NCBI GenBank assembly: GCA_044339985.1 | Contig: JBIIUM010000001.1 | Coordinates: 2,895-66,894 of the forward strand | DNA: 64,000 nucleotides | Origin: Burkholderiales bacterium | GTDB lineage: Bacteria > Pseudomonadota > Gammaproteobacteria > Burkholderiales > Ga0077523 | Reading direction: 5' to 3' | Part shown: piece after piece, positions 8,313-16,463 of the stretch | Layout: each line of letters opens with the position of its first letter | How positions within the stretch are numbered: position 1 is the first letter of the stretch | The notes under the pieces: generated by a model | Told to the model about the DNA's origin: nothing | Database searches by the model: none | Seen by the model: the letters and a program-made list of their open reading frames with translations, nothing else | Translations under genes and position numbers: made by a program

Positions 8313-9938
8313 ATGAGCGACATCTCGCGCGAGGCGCTCGCCGGGCAAGTGTCCCGGCGTCGCACCTTCGCCATCATCTCCCACCCGGACGCGGGCAAGA
8401 CCACGCTCACGGAGAAGCTGCTGCTCTACGCAGGCGCGATCCAGATCGCCGGCAGTGTCAAGGCGCGCAAGGCGGCCCGCCACGCCACCTCCGACTGGAT
8501 GGAGATCGAGAAGCAGCGCGGCATCTCCGTGGCCAGCTCGGTGATGCAGATGGATTACCGCGACCGGGTGATCAACCTGCTCGACACCCCCGGCCACCAG
8601 GATTTCTCCGAAGACACCTACCGCGTGCTCACCGCCGTGGACGCTGCGCTCATGGTGATCGATGCCGCAAACGGCGTGGAGGCGCAGACGCTGCGGCTTC
8701 TGGAAGTGTGCCGCTCCCGCCACACGCCCATCATCACCTTCATCAACAAGATGGACCGCGAGGTGCGCCCGCCCCTCGACCTGCTGGACGAAATCGAGCG
8801 CACCCTGGGCATGGTGGCGGTGCCCTTTTCCTGGCCCATCGGCATGGGCAAGTCCTTCCGCGGCGTGTACGACCTGGCGGCCGATCGCATCCGCGTTTTC
8901 CAGCCCGGCGAGGACCGCATTGGCGAGCTGGAAGTGATCGAGGGCCTCGACAACCCGGTGCTGCCGCAGCGCTTCGGCGCCGACTTCGAGCAGGCCCGCA
9001 GCGACATCGACCTACTGCGCGGCGCGACGCCCGAGTTCTCGCGCGAGGAGTTCCTGGCAGGCCGCCAGACGCCGGTGTTCTTCGGTTCTGCCATCAACAA
9101 CTTCGGGGTGCGCGAGGTGCTCGACGCGCTGGTGGACATCGCACCCCAGCCCCAGGCGCGGGTGGCGCTGCAGGGCCCGGTGTCGCCCGAGGACCCCAAG
9201 TTCTCCGGCGTGGTGTTCAAGATCCAGGCCAACATGGACCCGGCCCACCGCGACCGCGTGGTGTTCGTGAGGGTGTGCTCCGGGCGCTTCCAGCGCGGCA
9301 TGCGCATGAAGCTGCAGCGCACGGGCAAGGAGCTTCGGCCCAGCACCGTGGTGTCCTTTCTTTCCCAGCGCCGCGAACTGCTGGACGAAGCCTACGGCGG
9401 CGACATCATCGGCATCCCCACCCACGGCGGCATCCAGCTGGGCGACACGCTCACCGAGACCGCCGAGCCGCTGCAATTCACCGGCCTGCCCTTCTTCGCG
9501 CCTGAGATCTTCCGCAGCGTGGAGGCCGTGAATCCACTCAGGACCAAACAGCTGCGCACCGGCCTCGCCCAGCTCGGCGAGGAGGGCGCGATCCAGGTAT
9601 TCCGCCCGTTGCGTGGCACGGTGCTGCTGCTGGGCGCAGTGGGCGTGCTGCAGTTCGAGGTGGCGGCTCACCGGCTGCGCACCGAGTACGGCGCCGAGGT
9701 GCGCATCCTGCCAGCGGCCTACGCCTGCGCGCGTTGGGTGACCGCAGACGATCCCGCAGAACTGTCGCGCTTCATGGACGCCAACGCCGGGCGCATCGCT
9801 CTCGATGCAGCAGATGCGCCGGCCGTGCTTACCGCCAGCCGCTACGAGATGCAGGTGGTGCAGGACATGTGGCCAAAGGTGCGATTCCACGCCCAGCGCG
9901 AGCATGCCGGCCTTGTGCTCGAAGCCCTGGCGACCTGA
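8313..9938 (+). CDS. prfC: peptide chain release factor 3
   Basis: 541 aa with the translational GTPase motifs AIISHPDAGKTT, DTPGH and NKMD. Full-length RF3 pattern. Confidence 0.97.
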   Translation: MSDISREALAGQVSRRRTFAIISHPDAGKTTLTEKLLLYAGAIQIAGSVKARKAARHATSDWMEIEKQRGISVASSVMQMDYRDRVINLLDTPGHQDFSEDTYRVLTAVDAALMVIDAANGVEAQTLRLLEVCRSRHTPIITFINKMDREVRPPLDLLDEIERTLGMVAVPFSWPIGMGKSFRGVYDLAADRIRVFQPGEDRIGELEVIEGLDNPVLPQRFGADFEQARSDIDLLRGATPEFSREEFLAGRQTPVFFGSAINNFGVREVLDALVDIAPQPQARVALQGPVSPEDPKFSGVVFKIQANMDPAHRDRVVFVRVCSGRFQRGMRMKLQRTGKELRPSTVVSFLSQRRELLDEAYGGDIIGIPTHGGIQLGDTLTETAEPLQFTGLPFFAPEIFRSVEAVNPLRTKQLRTGLAQLGEEGAIQVFRPLRGTVLLLGAVGVLQFEVAAHRLRTEYGAEVRILPAAYACARWVTADDPAELSRFMDANAGRIALDAADAPAVLTASRYEMQVVQDMWPKVRFHAQREHAGLVLEALAT

Positions 9939-9944
9939 AACACC

Positions 9945-10847
9945 ATGTGGTTCCGCAACCTTCAAATCCTGCGCAGCGACTCGGACGCGTCCCTGAGTGC
10001 CGACGAGCTGGACCGGCAGCTGCGCCAGGCCGCCTTCCAACCTGCGGGGGCCTACGCCATGGAATCCCAGGGCTGGATCGCCCCCCGCGGCGACGACCGG
10101 TTCGTGCACACGGCGCAAGGCCACTGGCTGATCGCCCTGGGTGCGGAACAGAAGCTTCTGCCCGCATCGGTCGTCCGCCAGGAGGTCAATAATCGCGCCG
10201 TGGAAATAGAGCGGCGCATGGGCGTGAAGCCTGGCCGCCGCCGCACGAAGGAATTGAAGGAAGAGGTCATCGGCGAACTCGTCCCACGCGCCTTCAGCCG
10301 ATACCGGACCACCTTTGGGTGGATCGACCGCGCTGGCGGCTGGCTGGTGGTGGACGCTGCCAGCCCGAAAAAGGGCGAGGAGTTTCTCACCGCCCTGCGC
10401 CGCTGCCTGGACACATTCCCCTTCACCCCGCTGGCCTGCAACCTCTCACCTGCCTCCGCCATGGCGCAATGGCTGGCGGCGGCCGATGCCCCAGGCCGGT
10501 TCAGCATTGAAGGCGACTGCGAATTGCGCGCGGCACTGCAGGAATCCCAGCGTGTGCGCTATGCCAACCACCCGCTGGACACCCCGGAGGTTCGCGCCCA
10601 TCTGGCCGACGGAAAGCAGGTCACGCGCCTCGCCCTCTCGTGGAGCGACCGCGTGTTCTTCGCCCTGACCGACACTCTTGCTGTGAAGCGGGTTGCTCTC
10701 CTCGACCTGGCACGCGACGATACTGACAACGATGCAGAGACCGACGATGACCGCTTCGACGCCGACTTCGCGCTCATGACGGGGCTGCTGGGCAACATGC
10801 TCACGGAACTGGTGGAGGCGCTTGGTGGCGTTCAGCGCACCACCTGA
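9945..10847 (+). CDS. rdgC: recombination-associated protein RdgC
   Basis: 300 aa. N-terminus MWFRNLQILR and overall RdgC-family sequence. Confidence 0.95.
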   Translation: MWFRNLQILRSDSDASLSADELDRQLRQAAFQPAGAYAMESQGWIAPRGDDRFVHTAQGHWLIALGAEQKLLPASVVRQEVNNRAVEIERRMGVKPGRRRTKELKEEVIGELVPRAFSRYRTTFGWIDRAGGWLVVDAASPKKGEEFLTALRRCLDTFPFTPLACNLSPASAMAQWLAAADAPGRFSIEGDCELRAALQESQRVRYANHPLDTPEVRAHLADGKQVTRLALSWSDRVFFALTDTLAVKRVALLDLARDDTDNDAETDDDRFDADFALMTGLLGNMLTELVEALGGVQRTT

Positions 10848-11163
10848 TTGCGCCGTCTCAGAACCTGTGAAGGATTTGCGTCACGCAGACGGACGGTCCG
10901 GCTCAGTGACGCGAAGCGGTTGACGAAACCGCGGGTGCAAGCAGTGCGCTTGGCGAGTTGTCTGGCACGCGCAAGAGCCCAATTGGAGGGTTTAGCCTGG
11001 GATTCTGGGACTGCGGTTACCCTCAAAAGCGGAGTGCGTAACCATGTCTCAGGCAGGAGTCTAGCCGCTAGCCCGGATGTTTCACCAGTCCCTGCTGTAC
11101 GGGCCTGGCGGAGCAAATGGCCGTGCCATTGGGGCAGTTTGGGTGGTGTAACCGGTGCATGGC

Positions 11164-11192
11164 TGTAATGACCCAGTGAAATCCTGCTCAGG
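11164..11192. repeat. left terminal inverted repeat of the IS3-family element
   Basis: TGTAATGACCCAGTGAAATCCTGCTCAGG matches the reverse complement of 12352-12379 (TGTAATGACCCAGCGGAATCTGCTCAGG). There are about 26 matches, and the first 13 nt are identical. Confidence 0.8.
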
Positions 11193-11218
11193 TGCTATCG
11201 TGGAAAGGAGGCAACACC

Positions 11219-11533
11219 ATGAGTACCGTGATGGAAGAAGAGATCAAGCGCTGGACGGCCAAGCGCAAGACGGCACTGGTTCTGGAGATCATCCAGGGCA
11301 AGACGACCGTGGCCGTGGCGAGCCGGGCGTATGACCTGCCGCCCTCGGAGGTCGAGGCTTGGGTCGACGAGGGCAAGAAAGGCATGGAGAACGCGCTGCG
11401 CGCCACGCCCCAGGACCTGCGGGAGCAGTACGAGCGCCAGCTCAAGGAGCTGCAGGAAGCCTACGGCGAGGCGATGCTGGAGCTTCGTGCAAGAAAAAAA
11501 TTGCAGTCCCTGCTGGGCGAGGACGAGAAATGA
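11219..11533 (+). CDS. IS3-family transposase OrfA (HTH)
   Basis: ATG at 11219 preceded by AAGGAGG. Sequence MSTVMEEEIKRWTAKRKTALVLEIIQGKTTVAVASRAYDLPPSEVEAWVDEGKKGMENAL plus a leucine-zipper-like tail. Confidence 0.85.
   Translation: MSTVMEEEIKRWTAKRKTALVLEIIQGKTTVAVASRAYDLPPSEVEAWVDEGKKGMENALRATPQDLREQYERQLKELQEAYGEAMLELRARKKLQSLLGEDEK
11494..11500 (+). other. candidate programmed -1 ribosomal frameshift site (A AAA AAA)
   Basis: In the orfA frame the codons are aga aaa aaa ttg. A shift of -1 reads KKIAVPAGRGREMIETIRQ, which continues directly into OrfB. Confidence 0.6.
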
Positions 11534-12351
11534 TCGAGACGATCCGCCAGGGACTCAAACAAGACGGCTACGACGTCTCGATCAGCAAACTGTGCCGGTG
11601 GTTTGGAGTGCCGCGGCGCACCGTGTACTACCGGCCGGTGAACTCGGCGCCCAAGGTTCAGGAGCGCTTCGTCGAGCCCATCAAGGCCATGATCGAGGAG
11701 AACCCCTCGTTCGGCTACCGGACGGTGGCCTGGCTGCTGGGGTTCAACAAGAACACGGTGCAGCCGGTGTTCCAGCTCAAGGGCTGGCAGGTGCGAAAGC
11801 GACCGGTGGGGTTTCGGCCGCGGATCGAGGCTTTGCCCTCGGTGGCCACGCGCCCGAACGAGCGCTGGGCGACGGACATGTGCCGAGTCTGGGCGGGGCG
11901 GGACAACTGGGTGGCCCTGGCTTTGGTGATCGATTGCCACAGCCGCGAGTTGCTGGGCTGGCATCTGTCGCGAAGCGGGAAGTCCAAGACCGCCGAGGCA
12001 GCGCTGGAACAGGCCCTGATTGCCCGATTCGGGACTCTGGGACGGGTTGCGGAAGAGTTCCTGCTGCGATCGGACAACGGCCTGGTGTTCACCAGCCGAA
12101 GCTACACCCGCCTGGTGCGTAGCTACGGGCTGCGCCAGGAGTTCATCACGCCCCACAGCCCAGAGCAGAACGGCATGGTGGAGCGGGTCATCCGGACATT
12201 GAAGGAGCAGTGCGTGCACCGGCACCGGTTCGAGTCCCTGCAGCACGCGAGTCGGGTCATCGGAGACTGGATCCACTTCTACAACCGCCGGCGCCCCCAT
12301 CAGGCGCTGGGCATGAAAACCCCCGCCGAGGCATTCGCCTTAGCGGCCTGA
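11530..12351 (+). CDS. IS3-family transposase OrfB (DDE / rve integrase core)
   Basis: ATGA overlap with the orfA stop. DDE context WATDM ... LRSDNGLVF ... PEQNGMVER. Probably expressed as an OrfAB fusion by a -1 frameshift. Confidence 0.9.
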   Translation: MIETIRQGLKQDGYDVSISKLCRWFGVPRRTVYYRPVNSAPKVQERFVEPIKAMIEENPSFGYRTVAWLLGFNKNTVQPVFQLKGWQVRKRPVGFRPRIEALPSVATRPNERWATDMCRVWAGRDNWVALALVIDCHSRELLGWHLSRSGKSKTAEAALEQALIARFGTLGRVAEEFLLRSDNGLVFTSRSYTRLVRSYGLRQEFITPHSPEQNGMVERVIRTLKEQCVHRHRFESLQHASRVIGDWIHFYNRRRPHQALGMKTPAEAFALAA

Positions 12352-12379
12352 CCTGAGCAGATTCCGCTGGGTCATTACA
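12352..12379. repeat. right terminal inverted repeat of the IS3-family element
   Basis: See the left repeat; this one starts immediately after the orfB stop (12349-12351). Confidence 0.8.
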
Positions 12380-12495
12380 GGATCGCGCCGGCGGGCAGCA
12401 TGGCGCCAGTAGCCAGACGGGGCGATCTGCAGCACCCTGCAGATCGGCTCGACCCCGAAGGCCTCGCGATGCGTGTCGATGAAGGCTCTGATCAC
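12380..12495 (-). pseudogene. IS3-family transposase OrfB, 5' fragment only
   Basis: -1 frame relative to orfA: [38 protein letters not shown], then an abrupt junction with the right end of the IS at 11164-12379. Confidence 0.7.
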
Positions 12496-12812
12496 TTCAA
12501 GCGGCGGTCGAGCTCCGCCAGGGCGAAAAACGCGCTGGCCAGCTTGAGAATCTGGTTGGCCTTGCGCAGCTCGCGCACCTCGCGCTCGAGCTCCTTGACC
12601 CGGGCCGCCTCGGCGGTGGTGGGACCCTCTCGCTGCCCGGCGTCGCGTTCAGCCTGGCATACCCAGCGGCGCAGCGTCTCGGGCGTGCAGCCGATCTTGC
12701 TCGCGATGGATACGATCGCCGCCCACTGCGAAGCGTGCTGGCCATGGGACTCCATGACCATGCGGACGGCGCGCTCTTGCACTTCCGGGGAAAACCTCGT
12801 TGACTGTTTCAT
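12492..12812 (-). CDS. IS3-family transposase OrfA (IS629-like)
   Basis: [51 protein letters not shown] closely follows the IS629/IS3411 OrfA pattern. Confidence 0.8.
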   Translation of the reverse strand: MKQSTRFSPEVQERAVRMVMESHGQHASQWAAIVSIASKIGCTPETLRRWVCQAERDAGQREGPTTAEAARVKELEREVRELRKANQILKLASAFFALAELDRRLK

Positions 12813-12862
12813 GGCTCCATCTTCTCAAAGATCGGAGCCTCCTCAAAACCCAGGGCGGTTCA

Positions 12863-13069
12863 CTCTGACCCAGTTCGACAGGCCGGCCTTGGGCATGCCG
12901 AGCGTCTTGGCTACTGCTGCCGCCGTGCGCCCGCCTTCACCTGCCGCACTGCTTCTTGCTTGAAATCCAGGGTGTACTTCCCCCTGCTCATTGCCTCGCT
13001 CATTTCCTTCCTCCTGTCCCGGCTCTCGCCGGTAGAGGTCAAGAACTCCGCATTTCGGGGGCGACCTCA
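12863..13069 (-). mobile_element. 5' remnant of a third IS3-family element (terminal repeat plus frameshifted orfA fragment)
   Basis: Outer end TGAGGTCGCCCCCGAAATGCGGAG (13069) resembles the IS2-like IR at 21151. orfA begins MSEAMSRGKYTLDFKQEAVRQVKAG, then shifts frame to GRTAAAVAKTLGMPKAGLSNWVR. It is cut by the IS629-like insertion at 12862/12863. Confidence 0.55.
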
Positions 13070-13824
13070 GTAGCATCGCCGCGTTCGCACATTAAGAAAA
13101 TACTTGAACACAAATCCGGGTATTGCTGGCCCAGCTTATAGCAGCCTTCGAGATACTCCTTCGAAATAATGTCTGTCTGAAGTAGTCGATCCCACTGGAA
13201 GTTGGCCAGTGCTTTAAAAAATATGCCAGAGCGGTATATGACTCTCAATCCTGAAGCGACCGCATCACGCTCCAGCGTGTCCAGCGTGTAGGTGCTGCGG
13301 TGGCCGTGCTCTGCTTCGGCAAGGGTGACGGCGGCGTTGTGCGAGATCAGCCCCATTTTCACTGCGATCTGGCGCGAGGGCGCATTAGCATTCGGGCAAA
13401 CCAGAAAGAAGCGGCCGCCCTCAGCCAGCCATTCGTCGTTGACGCGGCGCAGCACCCGCACCGGGTCGTCGAGATGCTCCAGCACATGGGTCAGCACGAT
13501 GTTGTCGTAGCGGCGCGGCAGCGCAACTTGCTCAAACAGGGCGTTGGAGTAGTTCACCCGGTCGCCTAGACGACGGCGGGCTTCCTGCACGGCGGTATCG
13601 GAGGCTTCGACGCATGTGATGTCGTCGAAGTGCTCTAAGAAGCGCCGGGTGAAATCACCCTTGTAACTGCCGAGTTCCAGCAGGCTGCCTGGCCTGAAAA
13701 ACGGCTTGAATGAGCGGATCATGTACGGATGCATCACGTCGAAGTCGAAGCCGTAGGCGTATTTCTCGCGTGCGGCGTTGTTCGCGTCGTTGAGTTCTTG
13801 GTTGTAGTTTCTTGGCGTTGACAT
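13039..13824 (-). CDS. class I SAM-dependent methyltransferase (paralog of 18260..18982); native C-terminus replaced by IS sequence
   Basis: 261 aa with motifs LLELGSYKGDFT, VLTHVLEHLDDP and VCPNANAPSR. The last 9 or so codons and the stop lie inside the IS remnant (up to 13069). Confidence 0.85.
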   Translation of the reverse strand: MSTPRNYNQELNDANNAAREKYAYGFDFDVMHPYMIRSFKPFFRPGSLLELGSYKGDFTRRFLEHFDDITCVEASDTAVQEARRRLGDRVNYSNALFEQVALPRRYDNIVLTHVLEHLDDPVRVLRRVNDEWLAEGGRFFLVCPNANAPSRQIAVKMGLISHNAAVTLAEAEHGHRSTYTLDTLERDAVASGLRVIYRSGIFFKALANFQWDRLLQTDIISKEYLEGCYKLGQQYPDLCSSIFLMCERGDATEVAPEMRSS

Positions 13825-13842
13825 ACTCTTCCATTCCGTTTC

Positions 13843-14796
13843 TCAGGCGTCTAGCACGGCCAGCCCAAAGCCGTGCCGACCAAATTCGTTGCCGTTGTAT
13901 AACAAATAGACCTTCCCTCCGCACTCAAACAAATGCGGGTAGCACTGCATCTGCGCGTCCCAGCCTTCTGAGGAGACGTCAATGCCAGCCAGGCTGTCAT
14001 TGCGTGTCCAGTTTTCCAGGTCAGTGGACCAAGCGTAGCCAAGACGGTAGGCGCGGCTGTTGTCCTGCCGGAAACCATTGGCCTGGCGGTAGCAGAAATA
14101 CATGTGATAAACGCCGTCCAGTTCTTTGACCGTGGGAAGCGCCTGACATTCGTCGGCGTTAAGCCGGTCGCTGATGATCTGCCGCCCGTCGCGCTGCCAG
14201 TGGATGCCATCCTGCGAGGTGGCGTGGGCAATTTTATACACCCGGTCCGGCGGCTCGGTGGCGTGAAATTTCTGCCACTTGGTGCCGAAGATGTACCACA
14301 TGTGATGAGTGTCGCCGTAGCGCTGCACGAAGGCGTCGGCCACCAGAAACGGCTCGTTGAGCGAGGCGGTCAGCAGGGGGCCGGTTCCGTAGCGCTGGAA
14401 GGTCTCCCCATCATCGTGACTCAGTGCTAGACCGATTGAGGCGTCCGCCGATACCGATACCTTACGGTTCCAGCCGGTGGTGTAGGCCAACACCCGATCG
14501 CCGTCTCTCAAGACGTTGATGGGAAAAATGCCGTGTTCGTCGAAGCAGCCAAGCCCGCCCAGCGGCAGCACGGTGTGGTTGGAGACGCCCATCAACCGAC
14601 TCATGTCGCACGTGAAGTCGGCGTAGGCGACATGGCTCAGGTATTTGCCCACGCTGTCGCGCTCGCGGGTGGAAAAATAAATCCGCACCCGGTCGTCTAA
14701 CACTAGTGCCTGTGGCGACTGTGCGAATTCGACACAACGGTTGGGCAGCGCGTGGTCGGTCGGATCGAAAATCTTGCCCAGCATCTTCCACTTCAC
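13843..14796 (-). CDS. Asp-box beta-propeller protein, glycoside-hydrolase-like fold (GH32/43/68-clan-like), paralog 2
   Basis: ORF 13843..14808. GTG at 14796 gives a GTGA overlap with the upstream stop and aligns VKWKMLGKIFDP with MFRWKKLGKIFDP of the paralog. Repeated S/T-x-D-x-(G/E)-x-x-(W/F) motifs: SHDDGETF, TSQDGIHW, STDLENW. Confidence 0.75.
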   Translation of the reverse strand: MKWKMLGKIFDPTDHALPNRCVEFAQSPQALVLDDRVRIYFSTRERDSVGKYLSHVAYADFTCDMSRLMGVSNHTVLPLGGLGCFDEHGIFPINVLRDGDRVLAYTTGWNRKVSVSADASIGLALSHDDGETFQRYGTGPLLTASLNEPFLVADAFVQRYGDTHHMWYIFGTKWQKFHATEPPDRVYKIAHATSQDGIHWQRDGRQIISDRLNADECQALPTVKELDGVYHMYFCYRQANGFRQDNSRAYRLGYAWSTDLENWTRNDSLAGIDVSSEGWDAQMQCYPHLFECGGKVYLLYNGNEFGRHGFGLAVLDA

Positions 14797-15767
14797 TCCT
14801 GCCCCCATGCGTCCTCTGAATCGAGCACCGCCAGTCCGAACCCGGCTCGCCCCATGCCGTTGCCCTGATAGAGCATGTAGGTCGTCCCTTCCAACTCGAA
14901 GAGGTGCGGATAGTTGACCATCTCCGAATCCCAGCCACTTACGGACACGGTTATGTCAACCAGATCGTCATTGCGCCGCCAGTTAACCATGTCTGGCGAC
15001 GCAGCGTAACCGATTCGGTACCCGCCCTCCCGTCCCTTGTAATTACGGATATCGCGGTAGGAAAAAAACATGTGGTAGCGGCCATTGCGCCAAGTCACAT
15101 CGGGACAGGCCTGACACTCGTGCATGCCCAGCTTGTCCGCGATCAGGTCGCGCCCGTGCTTGACCCAGTCGATACCGTTATCCGAGGTGGCCATGCGAAT
15201 CTTGTACACCGGCTCCGGCTTTCCGTCGGTCATCCGCCACTCCCGCCCCGCCACATACCAGAGCTGCCAGCCTTCGTTAAAGCGGCGGATGCGGGGACTG
15301 CCGAGCAAGAAGGGTTCATCCGGCGAGTAGGAAAGCACAGGGCCGTTGCCCAGGCGATGAAAGGTCTCCCCCCCATCGCGGCTGATGGCCAGACCGATGG
15401 CAGCATTGAATGGCACCGATTCGCAGCGCGTCCAGCCGGCGTAGTAAGCGCGAATCTCGCCTCCATCTAGAATCACTGACACAGGATAGGTGCCGAATTC
15501 ATCGAACGTGCCACGATGGCCAAGTTCAAGCACGGGCCGCTCACACACCCGCAGGATGCGGGTAAGGTCGTTGCGGTCGAGATCGATGTAAGCGATGTAG
15601 CTGAGGTATTGTCCTTCCGGGCTGGGTGCTGGGCGTGAGCAGAAATACACCCGCACGCGATCCTCTCTGAGGACCACGGCGGGCGACTGCGCAAACTCGT
15701 TCATCCAGCCGGGACTTGATAGCTCTCGAGGATCAAAGATCTTGCCTAGTTTTTTCCATCTAAACAT
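14793..15767 (-). CDS. Asp-box beta-propeller protein, glycoside-hydrolase-like fold, paralog 1
   Basis: 324 aa, collinear with 13843..14796. Motifs SRDGGETF, TSDNGIDW and SPDMVNW; C-terminus GRAGFGLAVLD. Confidence 0.75.
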   Translation of the reverse strand: MFRWKKLGKIFDPRELSSPGWMNEFAQSPAVVLREDRVRVYFCSRPAPSPEGQYLSYIAYIDLDRNDLTRILRVCERPVLELGHRGTFDEFGTYPVSVILDGGEIRAYYAGWTRCESVPFNAAIGLAISRDGGETFHRLGNGPVLSYSPDEPFLLGSPRIRRFNEGWQLWYVAGREWRMTDGKPEPVYKIRMATSDNGIDWVKHGRDLIADKLGMHECQACPDVTWRNGRYHMFFSYRDIRNYKGREGGYRIGYAASPDMVNWRRNDDLVDITVSVSGWDSEMVNYPHLFELEGTTYMLYQGNGMGRAGFGLAVLDSEDAWGQE

Positions 15768-15785
15768 GTGATTTCCGGATAGTCA

Positions 15786-16463
15786 TCAGTCTGCCAGACG
15801 TCGCAAGTTACGTGCGCCAGTCTTCAGTCCACCGTAGTAGTAATCGTTAAAACCGGCCGCCTCCATTAGCTCGAAAACTTTTCGAATGTCGTATTCGACC
15901 CGGTGCGGTGTGAATTCCCCCGCCTCGTACACGGCAAACGCCGCGCGGGGATCGCCATCTCTTGGCTGCCCCACTGAGCCGGGATTGCAGTAAATCTTGT
16001 CGCCGAAACGCTGCACGGTTTGCATATGGGTGTGGCCGGAAACAAACACCCGCCCCAGCACCTGCTCGAAATAGGCCGCCGTCGGCTTCATATACTCGTC
16101 GATCGGATCGGCCCAGCCGCCATGCACCATTCGCACCTCGCCGATCTCGCGCTGCACCGGAAAGCTACGCAGCCACTCTATGTGATCCGGATCAATGATG
16201 GTGCGCTGGTAAGCGAGACAATCGTTCACGCTGCGTGAGCGCGGACAGAAACCACCGCCTGCCATGTACCAATCGTGATTGCCCATCACACAGGGAATCG
16301 CTCGCTCGCGCAGTGCGCGGCAGCACTCGTTGACCTGTGAGTAATAGCCCACTACATCGCCCGCACAATAAATGTCCGTCACACCCAGCCGGTCGATTTC
16401 GACAAGCACCGCCTTGAGTGCTTCGTAGTTGCCGTGAATGTCAGAGATGAACGCCGTCTTCAT
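15786..16463 (-). CDS. metallophosphoesterase (YfcE/MJ0936-like calcineurin-fold phosphodiesterase)
   Basis: ATG at 16463 (MKTAFISDIHGN). Motifs GDVVGY, GNHD and GHTH. 23-nt overlap with the upstream ATP-grasp gene. Confidence 0.85.
   Translation of the reverse strand: MKTAFISDIHGNYEALKAVLVEIDRLGVTDIYCAGDVVGYYSQVNECCRALRERAIPCVMGNHDWYMAGGGFCPRSRSVNDCLAYQRTIIDPDHIEWLRSFPVQREIGEVRMVHGGWADPIDEYMKPTAAYFEQVLGRVFVSGHTHMQTVQRFGDKIYCNPGSVGQPRDGDPRAAFAVYEAGEFTPHRVEYDIRKVFELMEAAGFNDYYYGGLKTGARNLRRLAD

Larger units (their letters stand above)
11164..12379 (+). mobile_element. intact IS3-family insertion sequence (1216 bp)
   Basis: TG...CA ends with imperfect inverted repeats, orfA/orfB in the 0/-1 arrangement, and an A7 slippery run. 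No flanking direct repeat. Confidence 0.9.
12380..12862 (-). mobile_element. 5' remnant of an IS3-group (IS629/IS3411-like) element, truncated by the neighbouring IS
   Basis: The terminal repeat TGAACCGCCCTGGGTTTTGAGGAGG (outer end 12862) resembles the IS629-type IRL. orfA is intact, but orfB stops after about 38 codons at the junction with the IS at 12379/12380. Confidence 0.8.

Noticed and set aside
10848-11168. 106-aa plus-strand ORF in the rdgC-IS spacer
   Set aside because: It has no RBS, starts with an alternative codon directly at the rdgC stop, and gives an Arg/Ala/Ser-rich translation with no family resemblance.
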